Source of the DNA: an uncultured Gemmatimonadaceae bacterium
Lineage (GTDB): Bacteria; Gemmatimonadota; Gemmatimonadetes; Gemmatimonadales; Gemmatimonadaceae
Length of the DNA stretch: 64,000 nucleotides
Assembly: GCA_963716745.1 (NCBI GenBank)
Contig: OY970320.1
Coordinates: 2,528,001-2,592,000, forward strand
Direction of reading: 5' to 3'
The translations under genes were made by a program, and so were the position numbers. Below the pieces are notes generated by a model, which worked only from the letters and a program-made list of their open reading frames with translations, was not told where the DNA came from and searched no databases. Below, one piece after another: positions 52,086-61,843 of this stretch. The first letter of the stretch is position 1. Every line of letters begins with the position of its first letter.

Positions 52086-53456
52086 CGCCGCGCTCCCTGT
52101 TCGATCCAGAGAACACCCCGCTCTCGCGCGACGACGCGCAGGCGCTCGCGAAGCGGACCATCGGTTTCTCCAAGGCGGAAGAGTGCCGTGTGACGATCCG
52201 GAACGGTTCGCAGGGGAATACGCGCTTCGCGGTGAACCAGGTGAGCACCGCCGGCGATTCGAGCGACACCGTGATCTCCGTGCACAGCGTGTTCGGAAAG
52301 CGGGCGGCGAGCGCGAGCACCAACAAGCTCGACGACACGTCGCTGCAGAACGTGGTCGCGCTCTCCGAGCGTCTCGCGCATTCTGGCGCCCGAGGATCCG
52401 GAGATCATGCCGGAGCTCGGACCGCAGCAGTACATCCCCGTGGATGGGTGGAGCGCTTCCACCGCCAACCTCGACGCGGCGGGCCGCGCGGCGGCCGTGC
52501 GCAGCGTCGCGACGCCGGCGCTCAACGCGGGACTCGTGGCCACGGGATTCTGCGAAGCCGACGCCGATGTGCTCGCCATCGCCAACAACAAAGGGCTGTT
52601 CGCCTTCGGCCGGCAAACGGGTGCGGCCTTCACGACCACGGTTCGCACGCCCGACGGCCGCGGCAGCGGCTGGGCGGGCGCGTCGCACTCGGATTGGTCG
52701 CGCATCGATCCGCGCGCGCTCGGCGAGCGTGCGATCGAGAAAGCGAAGAATTCGCTCGACGCGGTGGCCATCGAGCCGGGCAAGTACACCGTCGTGCTCG
52801 AGCCGACCGCGGTCGGCAACCTCGTCCAGCTGCTCGGCTTCGCGCTCAACGGCCGCGCCGCCGACGAGGGCCGCAGCTTCTTCACCAAGCCGGGCGGCGG
52901 CAACAAGATCGGCATGAAAGTCATGGACGAGCGCGTCTCGATCTGGTCCGATCCCGCGGACCCCGAAGCGCGCGCCTACCCATTCGCGCCCGATGGGCTT
53001 CCGATCGTTCGCACGCCGTGGATCACCAATGGCGTGTGCACGAATCTTTCGTACGACCGCTACTGGGCGCAGAAGCAGAGCAAGGAACCGACGCCGTTCA
53101 GCCGCTCGATGCACATGGCGGGCGGCACCGGCACGGTGGAGGATCTCGTCGCGTCCACGCAACGCGGCATCCTCGTCACCCGCTTCTGGTACATCCGTCC
53201 CGTGGACCAGCGCACGGTGCTCTTCACCGGCCTCACCCGCGACGGCACCTTCCTCATCGAGAATGGAAAGGTCACGCGTCCGATCAAGAACCTGCGCTTC
53301 AACGAATCACCCGTCTTCATGCTCAACAACCTCGAAGCCATGGGCGAGTCGGTGCGTGTGAGCGCGAGTGAGGACAGCAGTCCCGGTTCCGCCATCGTCA
53401 TGCCGCCGATCAAGGCGCACGACTTCACGTTCACCAGCCTGAGTGATGCCATCTGA
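52082..53456 (+). CDS. tldE: TldE/PmbA-family partner (copy 1; apparent frameshift near 52381)
   Basis: NTRFAVNQ, IEPGKYTVVLEP, LFTGLTRDGTFLIENG, FTFTSLSDAI; no HExxxH, no signal. Confidence 0.88.
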
Positions 53457-55090
53457 TGACTGACCGTCGACAGTTCCTCAAACACAGCGCGCAGGTCGCG
53501 GCCGCGATCGCCGCGGCCAACGCCTGGAAGGTGACCGGTGGCGCGGGCGAGCTCCTCGCCGCGTCGGCCGCGCCCGCCGCGCCGCCGCTCCCCGATGCGA
53601 CCATCAAGGCCCTCATGATGGACGCGCTCAACGCCGCGAAATCCGCCGGCGCGAGCTACGCCGATGTGCGCATCGGGCGCCAGCAGCAGAATTTCGTCTT
53701 CACGCGCGATGACCATATCAACAACGTCGTGGACACCGACTCGGTGGGCTGCGGCGTGCGCGCGCTGGTCGATGGCGCGTGGGGCTTCGCGGCCACGCGC
53801 AATCTCACGAGCGCCGCGGTCGCGGCCGCCGCGAAGGAAGCGGTGGCCATCGGCAAGGCGAACAAGATGGCGCTCGATCGTTCCGCCATCCTCGCGCCGG
53901 CGCCGGTGGTGCCGAGCGCGGTATGGAAGAGCGCGTACAAGACCGACCCGTGGGATGTGTCCGTCGAGGAGAAAGCGGACCTCCTCCTGCGCGCGAACGC
54001 GATCGCGCTCAAGACGCCGAGCGTGAAATACGTCTTCAGCGGGCTCTTCTTCGTGAAGCAGCAGCGCGACTATGCCAACAGCGATGGGTCGGTCACGCAA
54101 CAGACGACCATCCGCAGCTGGCCGCTCATGCAGATCACCGCGGTCGCGCCGGATTTCTCGGACTTCCAGAATCGCGGCAACGTGGTGCCCCCAATGGGAC
54201 GCGGCTGGGAATACGTGCTCGGCGCCGATCTCCCCGGCAACGCGGCCAAGTGGGCCGACGAAGCGGCGCAGAAGCTCAAGGCCAAGCCGGTGGAGCCGGG
54301 CAAGTACGATCTCGTGCTGCACCCGTCGCACCTCTGGCTCACGATCCACGAGTCGATCGGCCATCCCACCGAGCTCGATCGCGCGCTCGGCTACGAGGCC
54401 AACTACGCCGGCACGAGCTTCGTCTCGCCCCCGGAGAAAGTGCTCGGCAAGCTGAAGTACGGCCCCGAGTTCATGAACATCCAGGGCGACCGCTCGCAAG
54501 AAGGCGGCCTCTCGACCATCGGCTTTGATGACGAAGGCGTGAAGCCCAACGACTTCCTCATCATCAAGAACGGCATCTTCAACGACTACCAGACCACCCG
54601 CGAACAGGCGGAGTGGATCAGCTGGTGGTACAAGCAGAACAACATGGAGACGCGCTCGCACGGCTGCTCCTACGCGCAGGGCTGGGACAACGTGCAGTTC
54701 CAGCGCATGCCGAACGTGTCGCTCCTTCCGGGTGAGAAGGACCTCAAGTGGGAGGATCTCATCGCCGCGACCGACAACGGCATCGCCATCATCGGCGACG
54801 GCTCGTTCTCGATCGACCAGCAGCGGTTCAACGGCCAGTTCGGCGGCCAGACCGCCTGGGAAGTGAAGGGCGGCAAGATCGCTGGAATGCTGAAGGACGT
54901 CGCATACCAGATGCGCACGCCCGATTTCTGGAACAGCATGGACATGATCGGCGGCAAGGCCAGCTACGAACTCGGCGGATCGTTCTTCGACGGCAAGGGC
55001 CAGCCTGGGCAGGTGAATGCCGTGAGCCACGGCGCCGTGCCGTCGCGCTTCAAGCAGATCAACGTCATCAACACCGGGAGAAAAGTATGA
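53456..55090 (+). CDS. tldD: TldD-family metalloprotease with Tat signal (copy 2)
   Basis: DRRQFLK Tat motif; HESIGH; FDGKGQP. Confidence 0.92.
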   Translation: MTDRRQFLKHSAQVAAAIAAANAWKVTGGAGELLAASAAPAAPPLPDATIKALMMDALNAAKSAGASYADVRIGRQQQNFVFTRDDHINNVVDTDSVGCGVRALVDGAWGFAATRNLTSAAVAAAAKEAVAIGKANKMALDRSAILAPAPVVPSAVWKSAYKTDPWDVSVEEKADLLLRANAIALKTPSVKYVFSGLFFVKQQRDYANSDGSVTQQTTIRSWPLMQITAVAPDFSDFQNRGNVVPPMGRGWEYVLGADLPGNAAKWADEAAQKLKAKPVEPGKYDLVLHPSHLWLTIHESIGHPTELDRALGYEANYAGTSFVSPPEKVLGKLKYGPEFMNIQGDRSQEGGLSTIGFDDEGVKPNDFLIIKNGIFNDYQTTREQAEWISWWYKQNNMETRSHGCSYAQGWDNVQFQRMPNVSLLPGEKDLKWEDLIAATDNGIAIIGDGSFSIDQQRFNGQFGGQTAWEVKGGKIAGMLKDVAYQMRTPDFWNSMDMIGGKASYELGGSFFDGKGQPGQVNAVSHGAVPSRFKQINVINTGRKV

Positions 55091-56490
55091 GCGCCCGCAC
55101 TCGACCCCTCAGTCTGATCGAGCGCGACGCCCCCGCGGAATCGGCGGTGCTCACGTCGGACGAATCGCAGCGCATCATCGAGCGCTGCAGCAAGCTGTCC
55201 AAGGCGGACAGCATCGAGGTCCAGATCGGTTCCAACATCACCGGCAACACGCGCTTCGCCGCGAACCAGATGTCCACGTCGGGCAGCGTCGCCGATGTGC
55301 AGCTGGTCGTCCAGAGCAACTACGGCACGAAGCACGCGGTGGTGGTCACCAACGAACTCACCGACGACGCGATCGCGGCGGCGGTGAAAGAGTCCGAAGC
55401 GCTCGCCAAGCTCGCGCCGGATGATCCGGAAGCGATGCCGCCGCTGGGCATGCAGAAGTATCTGCCGGTGAACGCGTGGTTCGAGTCCACCGCGAAGCTC
55501 ACGCCCACGGACCGCGCCAAGGTCGCGTTGCACGCGCTCAGCAAGGCGCGCGGCGCGGGCGATCTCATGGCGTCGGGCTTCCTGCTGACGGGCGCGCAGT
55601 CGTCCGCGCTCGGCAACAGCAAGGGGATGTTCGCGTACTACCGCTCCACCAGCGCGAACTATCAACTCACTGTTCGCACGAACGATGGCTCCGGTTCCGG
55701 CTGGGCCGCACAGGACACCCAGGATTGGGAGCACTTCGATTTCAAGAGCGTCACCGAACGGGCCACGCAGAAGGCGATGCTCTCGAAGAATCCGGAGGCG
55801 ATCGAACCGGGCCGTTACACGGTGATCTTCGAAGCGCAGGCGGCGGGCGACCTCATCCAGCTCATCGGGAACCAGGCCGACGCGCGCTCCGCTGACGAGG
55901 GACGCAGCCCGTTCTCCAAGCAGGGCAAGGAGGGCGGCAACAAGGTGGGCGAGAAGATCATGGACGAACGCGTCACGATCTTCGCCGATCCGCAGGATCC
56001 GCAGCTGCGTTCCCAGCCGTTCGATGGCGACGGCCTGCCGCTCGGCCGCCAGGTGTTCATCGACAAGGGCGTGCTCAACGAGCTGTACTACTCGCGGTAC
56101 TGGGCGCAGAAGATGAAGAAGCCCGCCACCGGCAACCCGCAGAGCATCAAGATGGCGGGCTCCACCACGGGCACTTCGGTGGACGATCTCATCAAGTCCA
56201 CGCCGCGCGGCGTGCTCGTCACGCGGCTCTGGTATCTCCGTCAGGTGGACCCGCGCACCATTCTCTACACGGGCCTCACCCGCGACGGCACCTTCCTGAT
56301 CGAAGACGGCAAGATCAGCAAATCGATCCGGAATTTCCGCTTCAACGATTCACCGCTGTTCATGCTCAACAACCTCGAGATGCTCGGCACCGCCGAGCGG
56401 ATCGGCGGAACAGAGCAGGGTGGCGACATCGTGATGCCGGCGATCAAGGTGAAGGATTTCAACTTTACGTCGCTCAGCGAGGCGGTCTAG
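55087..56490 (+). CDS. tldE: TldE/PmbA-family partner (copy 2)
   Basis: NTRFAANQ, IEPGRYTVIFE, LYTGLTRDGTFLIEDG, FNFTSLSEAV. Confidence 0.9.
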   Translation: MSARTRPLSLIERDAPAESAVLTSDESQRIIERCSKLSKADSIEVQIGSNITGNTRFAANQMSTSGSVADVQLVVQSNYGTKHAVVVTNELTDDAIAAAVKESEALAKLAPDDPEAMPPLGMQKYLPVNAWFESTAKLTPTDRAKVALHALSKARGAGDLMASGFLLTGAQSSALGNSKGMFAYYRSTSANYQLTVRTNDGSGSGWAAQDTQDWEHFDFKSVTERATQKAMLSKNPEAIEPGRYTVIFEAQAAGDLIQLIGNQADARSADEGRSPFSKQGKEGGNKVGEKIMDERVTIFADPQDPQLRSQPFDGDGLPLGRQVFIDKGVLNELYYSRYWAQKMKKPATGNPQSIKMAGSTTGTSVDDLIKSTPRGVLVTRLWYLRQVDPRTILYTGLTRDGTFLIEDGKISKSIRNFRFNDSPLFMLNNLEMLGTAERIGGTEQGGDIVMPAIKVKDFNFTSLSEAV

Positions 56491-56502
56491 GATCTTGTTA
56501 TA

Positions 56503-56564
56503 GGGAAGCGGGAAGGGGGAAGCGATCTCGGAATTCCGGACGCGCTTCCCGCTTCCCGCTTCCC
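56503..56564. repeat. Inverted pair of heptamer arrays (GGGAAGC)x3 / (GCTTCCC)x3
   Basis: Direct reading. Confidence 0.8.
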
Positions 56565-56570
56565 AGAAAG

Positions 56571-56607
56571 AAAAGGCCGGACGAGCGTCTCGCTCGTCCG
56601 GCCTTTT
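56571..56607. terminator. Bidirectional intrinsic terminator
   Basis: AAAAGGCCGGACGAGCG-TCT-CGCTCGTCCGGCCTTTT between convergent genes. Confidence 0.9.
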
Positions 56608-56631
56608 CGATCTATGTAGTTCAGTTCCGCC

Positions 56632-56787
56632 TCAAGCCACGCGCTTCTTCGTCGTCGGCGCCGGGAGTTCCGGGACCGCGCTCCATTCGTAAGCCCAGAA
56701 CAGCGGCGGAGTCTCGTCGCGATCTCCGTTGGAGATGACGATGCCGAGGGGCTCAGGGGTCTGATGCATCTCTTTGCGTGCGGCCAT
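56632..56787 (-). CDS. 51-aa small protein, not in the ORF track
   Basis: GAGGAG RBS, ATG; MAARKEMHQTPEPLGIVISNGDRDETPPLFWAYEWSAVPELPAPTTKKRVA; own promoter and terminator. Confidence 0.75.
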   Translation of the reverse strand: MAARKEMHQTPEPLGIVISNGDRDETPPLFWAYEWSAVPELPAPTTKKRVA

Positions 56788-56844
56788 AGGGACTCTCCTC
56801 GAAGGAAAAGCCCCCGGAACGGTCGAGGGCTCGCCCAGGGATAA

Positions 56845-56860
56845 AGCATCCCCCGTGCCA
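56845..56860 (-). promoter_or_regulatory. Sigma54 (-24/-12) promoter
   Basis: TGGCAC-GGGGG-ATGCT with exact GG-N10-GC spacing; AT-rich IHF-like tract at about 56876-56900. Confidence 0.75.
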
Positions 56861-56974
56861 GAAAACAGCAGATGCGTAAGTCGTTCGTATTAAACTAGTT
56901 GGCGACAGACGACAGCCCACAGTCGCTCTTTGTCGTCGCGAAACGACACGTCACGCCGGCGACGGTTCGTGTCC

Positions 56975-57745
56975 TTACGCCACCAACTTTCGCGCGAGGA
57001 ACGTCTCGCCGCTCGTCCCGCCGCGCTCGATGCTCACGTTCCAGCCGCGGTACACGGAGCGCAATTCCTCGAGCGGCACGAGCCGCACACCGTGCGCGCT
57101 CGTCTCAACCAGATGCACGCCGCCGGCGGTCGTCGCGCTCTGCAGCAGCGCGATCGCGCGCCGTCGCTCGTCGTCGGTCAATCCAGAGAATGCCGCCGCC
57201 GCGCACACCACGGCATTGAGCGGCATGTCGGGCGACCAGCTCGCGAGGTCCGCCACCAGGCCGCGGATCTTGCCCGTCAGCCCGACCTCCGCCGCCGCCG
57301 CGTACACGCGCTCCATCGCCTCCTCTTCGCGATCGAGCGTGGTCACATCGCAGCCGTTCGCGGCAAGGTACAGCGTCGGTCCGTCGGCGCTCGCGCCGGC
57401 GACCAGAATGTGTCGATCGTGCGAACGCTGCACTTCACGCACGAGCGCGCTGTCGGCGCGCATGCCCCACCGCTCGGGACGCTGGAACTCGGCAAGCGCT
57501 TTCACGCGGCGCTTTCGCCACGCGTCATAGCTGGGAAGCCGAAGACGCGCCTTCACGATGCGGTCCACTTCGGCGCAGAGGAGCAGTTCGGTGAGTGCCA
57601 ACTGTGCCGCTTCTTCCAGCGACTTCACCGCCTCGTCGCCGATCGCGAGGATCACGCGACGCGGCACGGACTCCTTGTAATTCTCGATCTCACGCTCGAC
57701 GTAGACTTCGTATTCGTGCTTGAGCGACTGTTGGCGATTGGCCAT
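56975..57745 (-). CDS. Class I SAM-methyltransferase-like protein with helical N-terminal domain
   Basis: ILVAGASADGPTLYLAANGCDVTTLD, VADLASW, TTAGGVHLV (TehB-like fold). Confidence 0.65.
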   Translation of the reverse strand: MANRQQSLKHEYEVYVEREIENYKESVPRRVILAIGDEAVKSLEEAAQLALTELLLCAEVDRIVKARLRLPSYDAWRKRRVKALAEFQRPERWGMRADSALVREVQRSHDRHILVAGASADGPTLYLAANGCDVTTLDREEEAMERVYAAAAEVGLTGKIRGLVADLASWSPDMPLNAVVCAAAAFSGLTDDERRRAIALLQSATTAGGVHLVETSAHGVRLVPLEELRSVYRGWNVSIERGGTSGETFLARKLVA

Positions 57746-57816
57746 TAGCACCGCGTGAGGTGTGGGCCGACAAGTCAAGCTATATCAGTCCCTTAGCCGC
57801 GCAAGACTTTGCGCCT

Positions 57817-58716
57817 CTATGCCGGCTCGACGTGCACCAACACATCGCTGGCGCCAAACTGCTGCGATACGCGCCGCTCGACCTCATCGGCGACCGCGTG
57901 TGCCTCCGCCACGCTCATCGCCGCTCGCACGCCGATCGTGATCTCGGCGCTCATCAATCCCGACGCCAACCGTCGCGATCGCGCCGCGCGCACATCGACC
58001 ACACCGCTCACCTCGAGCGCCGCGCGCCGCAGTTCCCGCGCGTCCACGCCACGCTCATCCACGAGCACCGGCACGGTGCCACGCACGATCGAATAACCAT
58101 TCCACGCGATCACGAGCGCCACGAGGATCGCGAGCGCGGGGTCTACGGCGCCCCAGCCGAGCCGGGTGAGGAGCAGCGACGAGAGCGCCGCGGCGGTCAC
58201 GAAGATGTCGCTGCTCGTGTGCGCCGCGTCGGCGAGCAGGAACGGGCTCGCCAGCTCCTCACCGCGCCGGCGTTCGAAGCGCACCACGAATACGTTCACG
58301 ACCATCGTGCTGCCGACCAGCACCAACGACGCGAGCGACGGGGTGCTCGGCTGGTCGCCCGAGATGAGATGGCGCACGCCCTCGCGCAGCAGCTCGAAGC
58401 AGGAGATCGAGAGGAATCCGACGATCGCCAGCGCGCCCAACGTCTCGAACTTCGCGTGCCCGTACGGGTGTTCGTCGTCCGGACCGCGGGCCGCGAGACC
58501 CACCAGCGCGATCCCCACCACGTTGTTCAATAGGTCGAGCGACGACTCGAGCGCGGCGCCGAGCACCGAGAGCGCGTTCGTGCGCACGCCGACCACGATC
58601 TTCACGGCGACGACGATCGCGTTGAGCGCGAGAATGAGGACGAGCGTAGAGCGCACGCCGCGCGTGCGCCCGGCGTCGTCGGGGCGCGGCGGCGGGGAGT
58701 GCGCGGGCGTGGACAC
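57817..58716 (-). CDS. Cation diffusion facilitator family transporter
   Basis: PDDEHPYGHAKFETL, LADAAHTSSD, AHAVADEVE, VLVHVEP. Confidence 0.93.
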   Translation of the reverse strand: MSTPAHSPPPRPDDAGRTRGVRSTLVLILALNAIVVAVKIVVGVRTNALSVLGAALESSLDLLNNVVGIALVGLAARGPDDEHPYGHAKFETLGALAIVGFLSISCFELLREGVRHLISGDQPSTPSLASLVLVGSTMVVNVFVVRFERRRGEELASPFLLADAAHTSSDIFVTAAALSSLLLTRLGWGAVDPALAILVALVIAWNGYSIVRGTVPVLVDERGVDARELRRAALEVSGVVDVRAARSRRLASGLMSAEITIGVRAAMSVAEAHAVADEVERRVSQQFGASDVLVHVEPA

Positions 58717-58722
58717 GCGCGA

Positions 58723-58786
58723 AGTGTGTCCCGCGGCGAGGTGCGGGTCAACCGTGGTTGACCTTTCCGCGCGCGACGCCGACCGT
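58723..58786. promoter_or_regulatory. Back-to-back divergent promoters with palindromic -35 boxes
   Basis: GGTCAACC-GT-GGTTGACC; each TTGACC is 17 nt from an xAxxxT hexamer lying 6 nt from a start codon. Confidence 0.65.
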
Positions 58787-58792
58787 TCACGG

Positions 58793-59574
58793 ATGCCCGA
58801 GCTCCCCGAGATCGAAGCGGCCGCCGCCCAGCTGCGCGCCGCGCTGTCAGGCGCGACGATCGCCGGCATAACGGTGTCGCACCCGGCGTTCGCGCGGCGC
58901 CTGCCGGCCACGACCGCCCGCGCGCTCGCGGGCCGCGTCGTGCTCGGCGTGGCGCGCCGCGGGAAGCATCAGATCATCAGCTTCGATGGCGGCGGCGTGC
59001 TGGTCGTTCACTTTCGCTTGAACGGCGAGTGGGAGGTGGGCCGCGCCGGCGACGAAGCGCCGCGCTTCTCGCGCGTGGTCATCGCGCTCGCGAACGGCGA
59101 TCGCGTGTCGCTCGTGGATTCACGCGCGCTCTCGACGTTCCAATTCGCTCTCGATGCCGCCGTCGCTCCTGCCGCGCATGGGCCCCGAGGCCACCGATCC
59201 CGGCATTCACCGCCGGCGTACTCGGCGCCGCACTCGCCCGGAAGAAGGGTCCGATCAAACCCGCGCTGCTCGACCAGCGCGTCGTCGCGGGGCTCGGGAA
59301 CATCTACGTGGCCGAGGCGCTCTGGCTCGCGAAGATCGATCCACGGGTGCGCGCCGCCAAACTCGGCGCGCCGCGTCGCGCGCGACTCGTGAAAGCGATA
59401 CAGGATGTGCTGCGCCGTGCGCCGAGCGGCCGCTACTGGATGAGCGACCGCACGACGAACTGGCGCGTGTACGACCGCGAGGGAGAGAAGTGCCGGCGCT
59501 GTGGCGCCAAGATCCGCCGCATCACGCAGGCGGGCCGCTCGACGTTCTTCTGCCCTGGGTGCCAGCTTCGCTGA
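58793..59574 (+). CDS. mutM: Formamidopyrimidine-DNA glycosylase (two apparent frameshifts near 59160 and 59208)
   Basis: MPELPEIE, RRGKH, LLDQRVVAGLGNIYVAEAL, zinc finger CRRC...RSTFFCPGCQ. Confidence 0.92.
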
Positions 59575-59577
59575 CCC

Positions 59578-59654
59578 ATCATGTGAATCATGTGAATCCT
59601 GTCAAAGGCACTTCGGACAGGATTCACATGATTCACATGATTGGAAATCCTGTC
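59578..59654. repeat. Perfect 26-bp inverted repeat with 9-nt periodicity, second copy
   Basis: ATCATGTGAATCATGTGAATCCTGTC / GACAGGATTCACATGATTCACATGAT plus an extra AATCCTGTC. Confidence 0.9.
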
Positions 59655-59656
59655 GT

Positions 59657-60820
59657 TCAGTCCATCGCTTCGACGATGGCGCCCTTGAGATATCCTGTCT
59701 CGGGGATCGTGAGCACTTCCGGATGGTCCAGCGGTTGTCCCCGGATCTCGCGGAGAGTCATGCGTCGCCCCGAATCCGCCGCGGCGCTCTCGATCATCTC
59801 CAGGAATGCGGCCTTCGACAGATGGAAGCTGCAGCTCGCGGTGAACATCAGGCCGCCGCGCTCGAGCAGGCGCATGCCGCGCAGGTTGATCTCCTTGTAC
59901 CCACGGATCGCGGCCGGCAGCGCGCTCCGCGATTTCGCGAACGCCGGCGGGTCGAGCACGATCGTGTCGTAACGTGCGCGCGACTTCTCCTGCGCGCGCA
60001 GGAACTCGAACGCATCCTGCTCCACGAAGTCGATGTTCGTGATCGCGTTTCGCTCGGCGTTGGCGCGCGCCCGCGCCAGTGCTGCGGTGCTCGTGTCGAG
60101 CGCCGTCACGCGTTCGGCGCGCTTCGCGAGGTGTAGCGCGAACGACCCGTGGTACGCGAAACAGTCGAGCGCGCGCCCGCGCGCGAGGGCGCCGATCAGC
60201 ACGCGATTCTCGCGCTGATCGAGGAACGCTCCTGTCTTCTGGCCTTCCCACGGCGCCGCGAGATATCGCACGCCGTGCTCATCCACTTCCACCTCGCGCG
60301 GCACGTCGCCGGCCAGCACCACGGTCTCACGTGCGAGTCCTTCCTTGTCGCGCACGTGCGCATCGTTGCGCGCGAGGATGCCCGCCGGCCGCACGACCTC
60401 GGTGAGCGCGTTCACGATCTCCGCGCGGTATCGCTCGAGCCCCGCGCTCAAGAGCTGCACCACGAGCCACTGGTCGTAACGGTCCACCACGAGCGACGGG
60501 CAGCCATCGGCCTCGCCGTGCACCACGCGGTACGCGTTCGTCTCGCCGCGCAACGGCGCGCGCCGCGCCGCCGCCCGCGCGATCCGTTCGCGCCACCAGC
60601 CGGCGTCGATCACCGCGCCCGGCGACGGATCGAGACGGCGGAGCACGATCTCCGACCGCGGACTCCACAACGCCCAGCCCAGCACCGACGCGCCCTTCTC
60701 TCGCACGCGCACCGCGCCCGGCGGCTCCTTCGGCTCGGTCACGAGATCGCTCCGGAAGATCCACGGATGTCCCGCGGCCCAGCGGCGCGCGCCGCGCGCC
60801 GACACCACGGCGTCGCTCAT
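59657..60820 (-). CDS. rlmI: RlmI-like rRNA m5C methyltransferase
   Basis: GHPWIFRSD, HGEADG, GQKTGAFLDQRENR, LDPPAFAK, SCSFH, PETGYLK. Confidence 0.9.
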   Translation of the reverse strand: MSDAVVSARGARRWAAGHPWIFRSDLVTEPKEPPGAVRVREKGASVLGWALWSPRSEIVLRRLDPSPGAVIDAGWWRERIARAAARRAPLRGETNAYRVVHGEADGCPSLVVDRYDQWLVVQLLSAGLERYRAEIVNALTEVVRPAGILARNDAHVRDKEGLARETVVLAGDVPREVEVDEHGVRYLAAPWEGQKTGAFLDQRENRVLIGALARGRALDCFAYHGSFALHLAKRAERVTALDTSTAALARARANAERNAITNIDFVEQDAFEFLRAQEKSRARYDTIVLDPPAFAKSRSALPAAIRGYKEINLRGMRLLERGGLMFTASCSFHLSKAAFLEMIESAAADSGRRMTLREIRGQPLDHPEVLTIPETGYLKGAIVEAMD

Positions 60821-61440
60821 CCGGGTCCCTCCATCGCCGCGCGCAACGATCGCGCCGCCGCCTCCGGATCGCGGGCGCCCATCACCGCGCGGATCACGGC
60901 GACGCCGGCCGCGCCGGCGATCATCGCGCCCGCCGCGTTCCGCGCGTCGATCCCGCCGATCGCCACGGCCGGCACCCGGCACGCGCGCGCGAGACGCGCG
61001 AACGCCACCGGGCCGATCGCGCGCCCCGCATCGGCCTTGGAACTCGTGTCGTACAGCGGTCCGATCCCCACGTAGTCCGCGCCGTGCGCGAGGGTCACCT
61101 CGGCGTCGCTCCCCACCGACGCGCCCACGATGAATCCCGGCGGCACCAGCCGCCGCACCGCGGCCGCCGGAAGATCGTCGGGTCCCACGTGCACGCCGGC
61201 GGCGCTCGCCACGAGCGCGACGTCCAGGCGGTCGTTCACGACGAGCGGCACGCCCGCGGGCAGCGCCACGGCCAAGGCGCGCGCCACTTCCACCAGTGAC
61301 CGCGCGTCCGCATCTTTGAGCCGCAACTGGATCATCGTCGCGCCGCCGCGCACCGCGGCCAGCGCGCGCGCGATGAGGCCGGAAGCGCCGTCGCGCACAT
61401 CGTCGGTGATCGCCACCAGTCTCAGCGTGCCCGCGTCCAT
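60817..61440 (-). CDS. thiE: Thiamine-phosphate synthase
   Basis: IQLRLKD, VNDRLDVA, GVHVGPDD, GPLYDTSSK, VAIGGI. Confidence 0.93.
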   Translation of the reverse strand: MDAGTLRLVAITDDVRDGASGLIARALAAVRGGATMIQLRLKDADARSLVEVARALAVALPAGVPLVVNDRLDVALVASAAGVHVGPDDLPAAAVRRLVPPGFIVGASVGSDAEVTLAHGADYVGIGPLYDTSSKADAGRAIGPVAFARLARACRVPAVAIGGIDARNAAGAMIAGAAGVAVIRAVMGARDPEAAARSLRAAMEGPG

Positions 61441-61454
61441 CACTCCGCCCCGCC

Positions 61455-61829
61455 ATGATCGAGCGACACGTTCGCGCCATCCGCGGCGCCACCACGGTGA
61501 ATGAGGACACGGCGGGCGCGATCAGCATCGCGACGCAGACGCTCCTGCGCGAGATCGCCACGCGCAACGCCATCCAGCCCACCGACGTGATCAGCGCGCT
61601 GTTCACCGTCACGTCGGACCTGCGCAGTGAATTCCCCGCGCGCGCGGCGCGAGAACTCGGATGGCTCGACGTTCCGCTGCTCTGCACGGTGGAGATCCCC
61701 GTGCCCGGCGCGCTCCCGCGCTGCATCCGCGTGCTGCTGCACATCGAGACGCACCGGCCGCGCAGTGCGATCGAGCATGTCTACCTCGACGGCGCGCGCG
61801 TCCTCCGCCCCGATCTCTTGCGAGACTAG
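61455..61829 (+). CDS. aroH: AroH-class chorismate mutase
   Basis: VRAIRGATT, FTVTSDL, FPARAARELGW, VPLLC, CIRVLLH, HVYLDGARVLRPDL. Confidence 0.95.
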   Translation: MIERHVRAIRGATTVNEDTAGAISIATQTLLREIATRNAIQPTDVISALFTVTSDLRSEFPARAARELGWLDVPLLCTVEIPVPGALPRCIRVLLHIETHRPRSAIEHVYLDGARVLRPDLLRD

Positions 61830-61843
61830 CGCCGCCGCCGCGC

